This document shows, piece by piece, positions 1 to 9,014 of a DNA stretch of 59,109 nt. The translations under genes were made by a program, and so were the position numbers. The stretch is from a virus. Lineage: Duplodnaviria; Caudoviricetes. How positions within the stretch are numbered: position 1 is the stretch's first letter; every line of letters starts with the position of its first letter. The notes beneath the pieces are model-generated. The model saw nothing but the letters and a program-made list of their open reading frames with translations, searched no databases and had not been told where the DNA came from. The stretch lies in IMG/VR virus record IMGVR_UViG_3300032246_000466, positions 1 through 59,109 of that record. The stretch is one strand, 5' to 3'.

Positions 1-510
1 CAACCAACTAATATAGATGAAGAATCTGCATTCCCACCAAATACAGTAGCACAGCAACCAACTAATATAGATGAAGAATCTGCATTCCCACCAAATACAG
101 TAGCACAGCAACCAACTAATATAGATGAAGAATCTGCGTATCCACCAAATACAGTAGCACAGCAACCAACTAATATAGATGAAGAATCTGCGTATCCACC
201 AAATACAGTAGCACAGCAACCAACTAATATAGATGAAGAATCGGCTTACCCACCAAATACAGTAGCGCAACAATCGGCTGAAGTAGATGAACTATCTGCA
301 TATCCGCCAGGTGATCAAGGTGGGTTTCCACCGGAAGAAATAGAAAATCCCTTTCCGGAAGAAATTTTAGATGAAGAATCTGCGTATCCACCAAATACAG
401 TAGCACAGCAATCAGCCGAAGTAGATGAATTATCTGCTTACCCGCCGGGTGATCAAGGTGGGTTTCCGCCAGAAGAAATAGAAAATCCATTCCCAGAAGA
501 GATTCCAGAT
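1..510 (+). repeat. In-frame coding tandem repeats: five 54-bp units (QPTNIDEESA[F/Y]PPNTVAQ), then about 1.7 copies of a 138-bp unit
   Basis: 54-bp units at 1-54, 55-108, 109-162, 163-216 and 217-270. A 138-bp unit (QSAEVDELSAYPPGDQGGFPPEEIENPFPEEI...) starts at 271 and again at 409. Confidence 0.95.
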
Positions 511-1431
511 GAGAATGATCCTCCCCCAGTTGATGAAGTAGAATCAGACAACCCGCAAGACGGTGCAGACGAATCTGGATTTAACGGAGCAACCGGGGAC
601 GAACGAAACACCCAATCACAAGCTACTCAACAAGATGCTGCAAATTTTGCAGCTAAACCAGATTGGCGTGTAAAATTACAATTATCAACGGGCGCAACAT
701 ATTTGTATAACGCTGACCCGCCGGGTATATTGGCTCCATTACAAGCAACAGATGGAGTAATATTTCCGTATACCCCGGCAATTTCAGTTCAATATGCTGC
801 AAGTTATGATCCTACCGAGTTAACTCATAGTAATTATAAGTTTTTTACTTATAGAAGTAGTGCAGTTGATTCAATAAGTATTGGATGTGATTTTACTGCA
901 CAAGACACGGCAGAAGCAGCATACTTATTAGCAGTTATTCATTTTTTTAGATCATTAACTAAGATGTTTTACGGGCAAGATCAGAATCCTAAAAACGGAA
1001 CTCCCCCTCCGTTATGTTATTTAACCGGGTTAGGTGCATTTCAATTTGATGAGCATCCACTAGCAATTACAGGCTTCACATATACTTTACCCACTGATGT
1101 TGATTATATAAAAGCTGGAAGCACTGCTACACCGGCGGGTGTTAATAGAGGAAATAATCCAGCACAACCTAAGTCTGGCGGATCGGAACAAGCAGGTGCA
1201 GCTAGGTTATCTAGTAGTGGAATTAATCCAGGCGCAGTTTCAGCACCTCCGGATTGGCAAAGAGATACTGGAACCAAAGAACCTACTTATGTTCCTACTA
1301 AAATTAGTTTAAGTATAACAGCAATCCCAATAGTAACTAGAAATGATATAAGCAATAAGTTTAGTTTGAAAGAATATGCAACAGGTGCATTATTAAGAGG
1401 ATCTAAACGAGCAGGCGGAGGAATTTGGTAA
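1..1431 (+). CDS. Baseplate tail-tube initiator-like protein (T4 gp48/gp54 or CIS tube-like) with N-terminal acidic Pro-rich tandem repeats; 5'-truncated
   Basis: I translated frame +1 from base 1 and found no stop before the 703..1431 ORF, so the TTG start at 703 is an artefact of the window edge. The C-terminal domain DWRVKLQL...GVIFPYTP...FTAQDTAEAAYLLAVIHFFRS...GTPPP...LPTDVDYI resembles tube-like baseplate proteins, and the gene lies directly before gp53-like, hub and gp5-like genes. Confidence 0.6.
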   Translation, partial: QPTNIDEESAFPPNTVAQQPTNIDEESAFPPNTVAQQPTNIDEESAYPPNTVAQQPTNIDEESAYPPNTVAQQPTNIDEESAYPPNTVAQQSAEVDELSAYPPGDQGGFPPEEIENPFPEEILDEESAYPPNTVAQQSAEVDELSAYPPGDQGGFPPEEIENPFPEEIPDENDPPPVDEVESDNPQDGADESGFNGATGDERNTQSQATQQDAANFAAKPDWRVKLQLSTGATYLYNADPPGILAPLQATDGVIFPYTPAISVQYAASYDPTELTHSNYKFFTYRSSAVDSISIGCDFTAQDTAEAAYLLAVIHFFRSLTKMFYGQDQNPKNGTPPPLCYLTGLGAFQFDEHPLAITGFTYTLPTDVDYIKAGSTATPAGVNRGNNPAQPKSGGSEQAGAARLSSSGINPGAVSAPPDWQRDTGTKEPTYVPTKISLSITAIPIVTRNDISNKFSLKEYATGALLRGSKRAGGGIW

Positions 1432-1742
1432 TGGCAGCTAATAGTGTATACCCGGCGTCAAGCCCATATTATTATACTGAAACAGTTAATAATAATTTTT
1501 TAGATATTATGGTCAATAGACCTATACCAATGCAACCGTCAGATTTGTATTGGCAAATAACTGCTGTATATGAATATAGGCCTGATTTGTTAGCATACGA
1601 TTTGTATAGTGATAGTAGATTATGGTGGGTGTTTGCACAACGTAATCCAAATAGATTGAAAGATCCATACTTTGATTTTGTTACCGGAGTAGGAATATAT
1701 TTACCTAAATTAGATATGATAAAACAAGTTCTAGGAATATAA
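1431..1742 (+). CDS. Baseplate wedge protein, T4 gp53 / P2 gpX LysM-like
   Basis: Motif YRPDLLAYDLYSDSRLWWVFAQRN...DP.F.F..G..IYLP. Start placed at ATG 1431 (TAATG overlap, GGAGG upstream) instead of the TTG at 1425. Confidence 0.7.
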   Translation: MAANSVYPASSPYYYTETVNNNFLDIMVNRPIPMQPSDLYWQITAVYEYRPDLLAYDLYSDSRLWWVFAQRNPNRLKDPYFDFVTGVGIYLPKLDMIKQVLGI

Positions 1743-1743
1743 A

Positions 1744-4700
1744 ATGGCTGATAATTTGAACAGCGCAACACAAAATAGAATAATTGAGTTGTCAACGCAG
1801 ATACAAGCCTTAGCAACAACCTATGTTAATAAAGCAACTACGTTAGAGAACAATGTAGATCAAGTTAGTATCTATGAACCATCCGCACAGGCACAAGTTG
1901 ACGTTATTGTAGCTGAGAACACTGCTGCATATCAGGCTTATCTTAGTGCTTATCCTAGTTTAGTAAGTGAGATGAATGCACTTTATGCATCTTTGACTCC
2001 CGAAGAGCAAGCTCCGGTAACTAGTTATATTACTGCTTCACAAACGGCCCGTGACGCCGCTGTAACTGCTAAAGGTAGTTTTGACGCAATGAACTTTACT
2101 GTTACTTCTGAAATTAGACAAGAAGTAAAACGTAAAAATGCTGAAGTAGAGGAAAGTGCTGCTAAAACTGAAGAACAAACTGACCAACAAAACAAAGAAT
2201 TTATAAACTCCGGCGGTGCTGACGGTGACAAGGAAATAGAAGCTGCTCCGGGAGAAGATCAAAATTTATTAAATGAAAATCCTCCTGCAGGCGGAGGTGC
2301 CCCGGTTATAGCAAATCCTACTACACAAGCAGGTAAAGCAGGTAGAAATAAAGTAAAAAAACCAGATAAGCGCTGGCAAAATCCATTGGGTAACTTTTCA
2401 AGCTATACATATCAAATATCTCTTTATATGATTACACCTGATGCGTATGACGCATTTATTCAATCGGGTAGGCTTGATATCAACGCTATTAACAATGCAG
2501 CACCTGGAGTATCATCTCCCGAATCAGTTGCAGCAGAAGATGCAAATACTAGAGATGCTGCGGTAAATTCAGGGTTTGTTCAAGCAGTTGGTGAACGGGG
2601 AAGAACAACTTCTCCACCGTCATCATCAAGTGCAAATGCTTCTACTACACAATTTAAAAATGGTGCTTACTTAATTGCACAAAGCGGTGGTATTAATAAC
2701 AATACTTCTAAACGTGCCCCTGGCTTTGACCTAGATTTTTTTATTGATGATTTAAAAATAACACAGGCTATTAGCGGACAAGACACCCTTAGTGCAACAA
2801 ACGTCACCGATATAACTTTTACAATAACAGAACCATATGGATTTTCTTTTATTACAAAATTACGCAATGCTGCAACGGAATTAGGTAAAGTATCTAAATC
2901 TAAAAATTTTCAAGATTTAAAAAATCCATCAAGACAGTTTTTTATGTTAGGTATTAGATTTTTGGGATATGATGCTAATGGTGAAGTAATTGATCCTTCT
3001 AAAATACCATCTGCTGATGGTAATCCAAATGGCAATGCATTCGGTCTTTATGAAAGATTTTATGATATTTTCATCACTGAACTAAAATTTAAAATAGATG
3101 GTAAAGCAGTAGTATATAATATCAAAGCAAGTAATATTGCGTCCGGGACAGCATTTGGAACAAAACGCGGATTTGTAGATAAAGGTGCCGCTGTTTTAGG
3201 GTCAACTGTATATGATGCACTGATGGGTGGTATGGACGGGCAAGTAGCTGCCGGAGTTAAACCCGGTGAACAAGCGGCTTCTAAACCTCCGCAAGCCGGT
3301 ACACTTGGATTACTTGCAAAATTAAACCGAGATCAAAAGAAGCTGTTAGATACCAAGGCAATTGAAATCGCAAGTGAATGGGACGTAGTATTTTTAGGAG
3401 AGTCTGAAACTGAAATCAAATATGCAAGTATTGTTAATAAAGATGTTTTAGATAAAAGAGTTTGGGCCATGAGTAACGTTAGTAATAGTTCTCAGTCAAA
3501 TGTAGCAGCCGAACAGGAAAGCGCACCTGATAACACTGTGCGTCAAATTACTTTTACCAAAGGTGGCTCTATCTTACAATGTGTTAATCAAATTATTTTA
3601 CAAAGCGAATATTTGGTTAATGCGTTAAAAACGGTATATGTCTCAACTGCTGAAACAAATGAAGATGGTAAACCAGTAGAAGATGTTCAGCCTGAGGAAG
3701 TAAGAATCAAATGGTATACTATGACAGCAGAAGTGCAAAACTTGGGATGGGATAAAAGCCAATCAGATTTTGCATATAGAACAACCTTTGTAATTCAACC
3801 ATATGAAACACCAGTAATAGCTGCTCCATACGCTAAGCCTGGCAAAAAATATTATGGCCCTCATAAAAGATATGAATACTGGTTCACTGGTAAAAATTCT
3901 GAAGTCTTGCACTATGAACAAGAGATGAATAATGCATACTATAACACAGCAGTATCAGGGGGCGGTGCCACTTCAGGATCATCCGGTGGTAACGCAAACA
4001 TTCCGCTGAAAGTTGGGGCAGAACAGGGACAACCAGATCAGGGTGCATTAGATTTAGGTTTACAAGCACAAAATGCATATATGACTAGTTTATATGATCC
4101 TGGAGCATATACTACTGCAAAGATAAAAGTTTTAGGAGATCCTGATTTCTTAATGCAACCGGCACCAAGTAGTATAAATTCATTCTATGATCAATATTAT
4201 GGTACAGACGGCTACACTATTAATCCAAACGGCGGACAAGTTTTTATTGAGATTAATTTTAAAGAACCAATGGATTATAATAATAGAGATGGCTTGATGG
4301 ATATCAATGATAAAATAGTATTTTGGCAATATCCAAAATCAGTTCAACAGGATATAGATAGCAGGGGCGGTGGTGTTAGCTACATGGTTAGAACAGTTAT
4401 TAGCACATTTAGCAAAGGTAAATTTGAGCAAGAATTGACTTGTAATATAAATACGTTTCCTGATACACCCTCAGATGCTGAAGTTGCTGCTGCTGCCGGT
4501 AGAGAAGCAAAAGAAAATCAAACAGATGCAGAAACTGAGAGACTTAATAGATCAGGGTCAGGCTCAGCCCCAACTGCTAATGGTTCTGCAACTACCTCAT
4601 CAGTTAATTCAATTAATAATATACAAGATCCTGCACAACAAGCGCAAGCACTAGAAGCAAGTTTACCTGCTACATCAGTAAATTCTTTAAATAACGTAGT

Positions 4701-4788
4701 AGATCCTATGCAAAGACTGAAACAAAATCAAACCATAACAGTTCCTACAAGCACCGGACAAGTGCAAGATGATGATGTAGGACCTTAA
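1744..4788 (+). CDS. Baseplate hub protein (T4 gp27 / P2 gpD / Mu gp44-like) with low-complexity termini
   Basis: 1014-aa ORF directly upstream of the gp5-like spike. C-terminal hub-like motifs AKIKVLGDP and YMVRTVISTFSKGKFEQEL; helical and acidic N-terminus. Confidence 0.55.
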   Translation: MADNLNSATQNRIIELSTQIQALATTYVNKATTLENNVDQVSIYEPSAQAQVDVIVAENTAAYQAYLSAYPSLVSEMNALYASLTPEEQAPVTSYITASQTARDAAVTAKGSFDAMNFTVTSEIRQEVKRKNAEVEESAAKTEEQTDQQNKEFINSGGADGDKEIEAAPGEDQNLLNENPPAGGGAPVIANPTTQAGKAGRNKVKKPDKRWQNPLGNFSSYTYQISLYMITPDAYDAFIQSGRLDINAINNAAPGVSSPESVAAEDANTRDAAVNSGFVQAVGERGRTTSPPSSSSANASTTQFKNGAYLIAQSGGINNNTSKRAPGFDLDFFIDDLKITQAISGQDTLSATNVTDITFTITEPYGFSFITKLRNAATELGKVSKSKNFQDLKNPSRQFFMLGIRFLGYDANGEVIDPSKIPSADGNPNGNAFGLYERFYDIFITELKFKIDGKAVVYNIKASNIASGTAFGTKRGFVDKGAAVLGSTVYDALMGGMDGQVAAGVKPGEQAASKPPQAGTLGLLAKLNRDQKKLLDTKAIEIASEWDVVFLGESETEIKYASIVNKDVLDKRVWAMSNVSNSSQSNVAAEQESAPDNTVRQITFTKGGSILQCVNQIILQSEYLVNALKTVYVSTAETNEDGKPVEDVQPEEVRIKWYTMTAEVQNLGWDKSQSDFAYRTTFVIQPYETPVIAAPYAKPGKKYYGPHKRYEYWFTGKNSEVLHYEQEMNNAYYNTAVSGGGATSGSSGGNANIPLKVGAEQGQPDQGALDLGLQAQNAYMTSLYDPGAYTTAKIKVLGDPDFLMQPAPSSINSFYDQYYGTDGYTINPNGGQVFIEINFKEPMDYNNRDGLMDINDKIVFWQYPKSVQQDIDSRGGGVSYMVRTVISTFSKGKFEQELTCNINTFPDTPSDAEVAAAAGREAKENQTDAETERLNRSGSGSAPTANGSATTSSVNSINNIQDPAQQAQALEASLPATSVNSLNNVVDPMQRLKQNQTITVPTSTGQVQDDDVGP

Positions 4789-4814
4789 CAGTTTTTAGAA
4801 TAGAATAAAATTTA

Positions 4815-4822
4815 AGTAAATA
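4815..4822 (+). promoter_or_regulatory. Possible T4-type late promoter -10 box (AGTAAATA)
   Basis: Intergenic TAAATA just upstream of the gp5-like start; resembles T4 TATAAATA. Weak on its own in AT-rich DNA. Confidence 0.3.
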
Positions 4823-4825
4823 ATT

Positions 4826-6280
4826 ATGGCACAAGACATTTTTAAACCAAAAGGACAACTTGCAGCAAGCAAGCCAGACGCCGGCGGTGGTGTAATACGT
4901 AATACACCTACACTAGCAATAGTTAAAAATAACATTGACTCTACCCGAGGTGGCAGGATACAGGTGTATCTAGCTGACTTTGGGTCTCCAGACTCGGATG
5001 ATAGTTCAAGCTGGGTAACTGTTAGTTATATGAGTCCTTTCTTTGGTGCTACACAGCCAAGTGGTTCAAATAAGTCTGATGACTACGGTACATATACACA
5101 AAACCCAAGTTCATATGGTATGTGGTATAGTCCACCGGATATAGGCAGCACAGTAGTTTGTATTTTTATTAACGGAGATCCAAGTTACGGTTATTATATA
5201 GGTAGCGTATTACAACCTGAATTGTTACAGATGATTCCTGCAATAGGATCGTCTGAAAATATTGTGGCAAATGCAGGAGAAGCAGCTGGTTTGGGCGGAG
5301 CAACTAAACTTCCAGTGACTAACATAAACACAAATAATCCTAGTATATCAGATGATACTTCGTATCTCGATGCAGCAAAACCTATACACAGTTATTCTTC
5401 GTCAATATACACACAACAAGGATTAATTCGAGATCCAATTAGGGGTCCAATATCAACAAGTGCATTACGTGAATCTCCTTCAAGAGTTGGTTGGGGAGTT
5501 AGTTCTCCGGGTAGACCAATTTATCAGGGGGGATTTACTGATGAAAACGTTTTAACTGACGGTGTTAGTAAAAAAGACGGCGAATCACTTTCTGTAGTTT
5601 CTAGACGGGGAGGGCATAGCATTGTAATGGATGACGGAGATGTTACAGGTAAAGATCAATTAATTAGATTGCGTACTGCATTGGGTCATCAAATATTAAT
5701 GAGTGATGACGGACAAACATTATTCATTATTCATAGCAATGGTCAAAGTTTTATTGAGTTGGGTAAAGAAGGCACAATTGATATGTACGCTACCAATAGC
5801 GTAAACATTAGAACACAGGGTGATTTAAATTTACATGCAGACAACAACATCAATATCAATGCCAAAAAAGATTTAAATATAGCTGCAACTAATATTAAAG
5901 TAGATGCAGAAAAAGATATTTCATATAGATCGGGTGGAAACTTTAGTGGATATACTGTAGGAAAATACACAGTAAAAGTTAATGGTGCAATGAGCATGGG
6001 TGCAGGCGGTGAGGGTTCATATGCAAGTGGTGGTACGATGTTTGTAAATGGCAGCAAAATTAATTTAAATACTGGTTCTACTTCTGTAACTCCAGCCGAA
6101 GTACCGAAGATTCCTCTAGTAGCACACACTGATACATTGTTTGACAAAGTTAAAGGTTGGTTAGCGTCCCCTGGTTATTTGTTGTCGATTGTTTCTCGTG
6201 CCCCGGCACATACCCCATGGGCGAGTGCAAATCAAGGGGTCGATGTTAAAGTAAATAATAATAGTAGTGGGGCGTTTTAA
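4826..6280 (+). CDS. gp5: Baseplate central spike, gp5/VgrG-like (N-terminal OB-fold plus beta-helix)
   Basis: OB-fold signature AIVKNNIDSTRGGRIQV...W...MSPFFG...GMWYSPPDIGSTVVCIFINGDP, then GHSIVMDD / GHQILMSD / GQSFIEL motifs and beta-helix-like repeats ending in VNGSKINLN. Confidence 0.8.
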   Translation: MAQDIFKPKGQLAASKPDAGGGVIRNTPTLAIVKNNIDSTRGGRIQVYLADFGSPDSDDSSSWVTVSYMSPFFGATQPSGSNKSDDYGTYTQNPSSYGMWYSPPDIGSTVVCIFINGDPSYGYYIGSVLQPELLQMIPAIGSSENIVANAGEAAGLGGATKLPVTNINTNNPSISDDTSYLDAAKPIHSYSSSIYTQQGLIRDPIRGPISTSALRESPSRVGWGVSSPGRPIYQGGFTDENVLTDGVSKKDGESLSVVSRRGGHSIVMDDGDVTGKDQLIRLRTALGHQILMSDDGQTLFIIHSNGQSFIELGKEGTIDMYATNSVNIRTQGDLNLHADNNININAKKDLNIAATNIKVDAEKDISYRSGGNFSGYTVGKYTVKVNGAMSMGAGGEGSYASGGTMFVNGSKINLNTGSTSVTPAEVPKIPLVAHTDTLFDKVKGWLASPGYLLSIVSRAPAHTPWASANQGVDVKVNNNSSGAF

Positions 6281-6282
6281 TT

Positions 6283-6966
6283 ATGGCTAGAAGTAAATTA
6301 TTAGATAGTCAAACATATGACGATTCAGCAAGATTGCCACCTAACAATCCGGTAACTCCTGCAACTCTTTCTACCGTTCCTGCACTGGGTTCAGCTAGTA
6401 TATCATTAAATCCAGGGGTAACTGCTAGTTTAATTGGTAGCGCAGCTTCACAAGCCGCCGCAGCATACCCCAGTGTAGCATCAACTGGACTTGGAGTAAT
6501 CACAGATGCCTCAGGAAATATCAATGCGGGTATAGGTATATTAGGAAAAACTCCGCAACAATTAGAAGCAGCGGGTATATTAAAGCCCGGCGCTGCATCA
6601 TTGGTTACTGGGTTAGTACAACAAGGAATGAATGTACAATCTGCTATGACTAATAATTTGTTTACCGGTGCACCCGGAGCAGAGAATTTGCAGGCATACA
6701 TTAATAATGTGCCTGCACAAGCAGCATGTCAAATTGTTAATTTACAACAAGCACAAACTGCTATGACTATGGTTGGCGCTATTCGTGGAAATGAAGCATC
6801 TACTGCTATATCAGGAATAATAAATTCTGCATCTCAAGTTGGAATAAAAGCTACAGTAGAATTTTTACAAAGCAACACTCCTACTAACTTGCCTAATCTT
6901 GGCACTCCTCCCGGAGTTAGCGGAGCCTTTGGTTCAATAGCTACCTCAATGAGACCAGCACTATAA
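6283..6966 (+). CDS. Hypothetical virion protein, possibly a degenerate lysozyme-like domain detached from gp5
   Basis: 227-aa ORF starting 2 nt after the gp5 stop. The pattern LGKTPQQLEAAGILKPG...LFTGAPGAENLQAYINN...AQ...GAI.G.E...ISGII recalls helical lysozyme-like domains of phage tail proteins; this is recognition from memory and unverified. Confidence 0.35.
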   Translation: MARSKLLDSQTYDDSARLPPNNPVTPATLSTVPALGSASISLNPGVTASLIGSAASQAAAAYPSVASTGLGVITDASGNINAGIGILGKTPQQLEAAGILKPGAASLVTGLVQQGMNVQSAMTNNLFTGAPGAENLQAYINNVPAQAACQIVNLQQAQTAMTMVGAIRGNEASTAISGIINSASQVGIKATVEFLQSNTPTNLPNLGTPPGVSGAFGSIATSMRPAL

Positions 6967-8486
6967 TGGCAACCATACCTTCACTCCCAAATGTAGCAAG
7001 CACTATAAGTGCTGGAAATTTTGCATCCACCTTATCGGTAAACACAGGCGGACTTAGTTCAATTAAAACCTCATTAGACGGAATCAAAACTCCTGCAATA
7101 CCAGCAATCCCTGATCCTTCAAGTTTAGCAGGTGATTTAACTAAAAAAACATTGGATGGCATCAATCCAAATAACCTTTTAGATAAAGCAAAAACAGTAA
7201 CTCTTGCCCCGCCAGAAGGATTAGCCGGAGTAGCCGATGCTGCAAAAGGATTATCTGGTTCTGCATTTTCTGCAATATCAGGATCAATGAAACCTTTGGC
7301 TGCAGGAGTTCCTCAAAATTTAACTTCTATTGCTAAAAAAAATGCAGAAGTGCAAGCAGCAGCAGATGCATCTGGTGGATTAGCAAGTGCAGCAAGTAGT
7401 GCAGCAGGTGGACTAGCAGGTGCAGCAGGTGGACTAGCAGGTGCAGCAGGTGGACTAACAGGTGGATTATCAACAGCCACAGGTGGATTAGCAAGTGCAG
7501 CAAGTAGTGTAGCGGGTGGATTAACAGGTGGATTAGCAAGTGCAGCAAGTAGTGCAGCGGGTGGATTAACAGGATCAGCTTCATCACTTGCTAGTGGTAT
7601 ATCTAATTTACCAGGAGGACAATCTACTATTGCTTCGGTTGTGAATAAAGGAACCGGAAGTCTAAGTGGAGTGACAGATACATTATCAAGTGTTAACTCA
7701 ATTACCAAAACTGCATCAAGTTCAGCATTGAATAAAATAAGTTCGGCAACTGCAGGATCAAGTGCCGCCGCTAGTTTACTTACAGGCGGCGCACTGACAG
7801 GCGCAGGCGCTTCTCTTGCAGGAGCACTAAACAATCCTGCAGCATCATTAAATATACCTAAAATACCCGGTATGCCTAGCATACCCGGTATGCCTAGCAT
7901 ACCCGGTTTACCCGGTATTCCTAGTTTACCTAGTTTACCTAGTATACCCGGTTTACCCGGGTTACCCTCAGTTGATTCATTGACTAAGGGTTTACAAGCT
8001 GGAAAAACACCATTATCAGCATTAGCTTCAACTGGTTTGTCAGCAGGCGCAGCAGCAGCATTGAGTGCTAGTTTGAATTCTTTAAGTACCGCTAGCCCCT
8101 TTCCAATAAAAATTCCAACAGTAGCTGAAAGCACAGTTGATAGAGGTGAATTAAATGCGTCAGTTGGTACTTTATTAGGTGATAAAAAAATACCAGTACC
8201 AAACTTTGGGGGAGGTGTATCTGCTGCTGCAACGGGTGCGCTACAGGCAGCTAATGATCGCCGATCATCATTAGAAAAATTTGAAGATGAACGTAAAGAG
8301 ATATATGCTAAACAAAAAGCAATTACTGAAACAGCCAGAGCAGCATACCTAAAGGCTGATACTACCTTACCAGAAGGAGATCCTGAAATTGATAGATTGG
8401 GTTTAATTTTTATTGCCGAAGCAAAAAAGACAATAGCGATACTTGATGAAACAAGTGCAGGACGAAAAGCAATTCTTGGTAGTTAA
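6966..8486 (+). CDS. Low-complexity Ala/Gly/Ser-rich virion-associated protein with a Pro-rich repeat and C-terminal helix
   Basis: 506-aa ORF coupled to the upstream gene by TAATG; GGL(A/T) repeats and (I/L/M)P(G/S) repeats; lies between gp5 and gp25. Confidence 0.6.
   Translation: MATIPSLPNVASTISAGNFASTLSVNTGGLSSIKTSLDGIKTPAIPAIPDPSSLAGDLTKKTLDGINPNNLLDKAKTVTLAPPEGLAGVADAAKGLSGSAFSAISGSMKPLAAGVPQNLTSIAKKNAEVQAAADASGGLASAASSAAGGLAGAAGGLAGAAGGLTGGLSTATGGLASAASSVAGGLTGGLASAASSAAGGLTGSASSLASGISNLPGGQSTIASVVNKGTGSLSGVTDTLSSVNSITKTASSSALNKISSATAGSSAAASLLTGGALTGAGASLAGALNNPAASLNIPKIPGMPSIPGMPSIPGLPGIPSLPSLPSIPGLPGLPSVDSLTKGLQAGKTPLSALASTGLSAGAAAALSASLNSLSTASPFPIKIPTVAESTVDRGELNASVGTLLGDKKIPVPNFGGGVSAAATGALQAANDRRSSLEKFEDERKEIYAKQKAITETARAAYLKADTTLPEGDPEIDRLGLIFIAEAKKTIAILDETSAGRKAILGS
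7374..7574 (+). repeat. Coding repeats of 21 bp (gcagcaggtggactagcaggt) and 33 bp (ggtggattagcaagtgcagcaagtagtgcagca)
   Basis: 21-bp units at 7401, 7422 and 7443; 33-bp-type units near 7374, 7482 and 7527; they encode AAGGLAG and GGLASAASSAA. Confidence 0.9.
7854..7970 (+). repeat. Coding 9/18-bp repeat encoding (I/L/M)-P-(G/S/K)
   Basis: atacccggtatgcctagc occurs twice, followed by ttacccggt/ttacctagt units; protein IPKIPGMPSIPGMPSIPGLPGIPSLPSLPSIPGLPGLPS. Confidence 0.9.
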
Positions 8487-8488
8487 AT

Positions 8489-8496
8489 AATAAATA
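8489..8496 (+). promoter_or_regulatory. T4-type late promoter-like box (AATAAATA)
   Basis: Intergenic TAAATA followed by an AGGA ribosome-binding site and the gp25 start at 8513. Confidence 0.5.
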
Positions 8497-8512
8497 AGTT
8501 ATAGGATAAAAT

Positions 8513-8962
8513 ATGCCCTCATACGTTGGATTTAGTACTGTAAATTCTGGAAAACCTCGGTCAACTAACTTGTCTACAGGCCCGGCCGGTGGAACTGGTT
8601 CTATAGTTACACCCTATGTCATAGGAAATAAATTTGGGTTAGTTGATTCGCCACTGGTTGTGCAAGACTTTGTTAATGCACTAAATATTCGACAAGGCAC
8701 AAAAGTAGGAAACCCTAGCTACGGGACCACCCTCTGGAGTTTTGTTTTTGAACCCAACACAGCAGATGTACAATTTCAATTAGAAACTGAAATACGCAGG
8801 ATAGCCAACCAAGATCCAAGACTGATTGTAAATACTGTTCGTGCTTTCCCACAAGAAAACGGTATATTATTAGAAGTTGAAATGGCAGTTTCTCCCTTCA
8901 ATCAAGCAAATTTGTTAAGTGTGTTCTTTAACAGCTCCACAAATCAAGCGGTCTTGCAATAA
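8513..8962 (+). CDS. gp25: Baseplate wedge protein gp25 (GPW/gp25 family)
   Basis: Motif LNIRQGTKVGNPSYGTTLWSFVFEP...IRRIANQDPRL; canonical position directly before gp6. Confidence 0.85.
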   Translation: MPSYVGFSTVNSGKPRSTNLSTGPAGGTGSIVTPYVIGNKFGLVDSPLVVQDFVNALNIRQGTKVGNPSYGTTLWSFVFEPNTADVQFQLETEIRRIANQDPRLIVNTVRAFPQENGILLEVEMAVSPFNQANLLSVFFNSSTNQAVLQ

Positions 8963-8989
8963 CCCTTAAAAACCCAAGTTTTAAAGTAT

Positions 8990-8997
8990 GATAAATA
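8990..8997 (+). promoter_or_regulatory. T4-type late promoter-like box (GATAAATA)
   Basis: In the 52-nt gap before gp6, overlapping a small inverted repeat aagtat-gataa-atactt (8984-9000). Confidence 0.55.
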
Positions 8998-9014
8998 CTT
9001 AAAAGAGAATACTT

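Noticed and set aside
1-270. 54-bp direct repeats as a CRISPR array
   Set aside because: The units are head-to-tail with no unique spacers, are a multiple of 3 and lie in an open reading frame; no cas genes are in the window.
703-1431. ORF-track start at TTG 703
   Set aside because: Frame +1 is open from base 1 and the conserved-looking DWRVKL segment lies upstream of 703, so the gene starts before the window.
6265-6290. Programmed frameshift joining gp5 to the 6283 ORF at GCG TTT TAA
   Set aside because: A +1 slip meets TAG at 6288-6290, and the required -1 slip has no X XXY YYZ heptamer or obvious downstream structure. Independent initiation at ATG 6283 is simpler.
7313-8134. 273-aa minus-strand ORF and the other short antisense or alternate-frame ORFs in the track
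   Set aside because: They are shadows of low-complexity or codon-biased + strand genes, show no recognisable motifs, and overlap well-supported genes.
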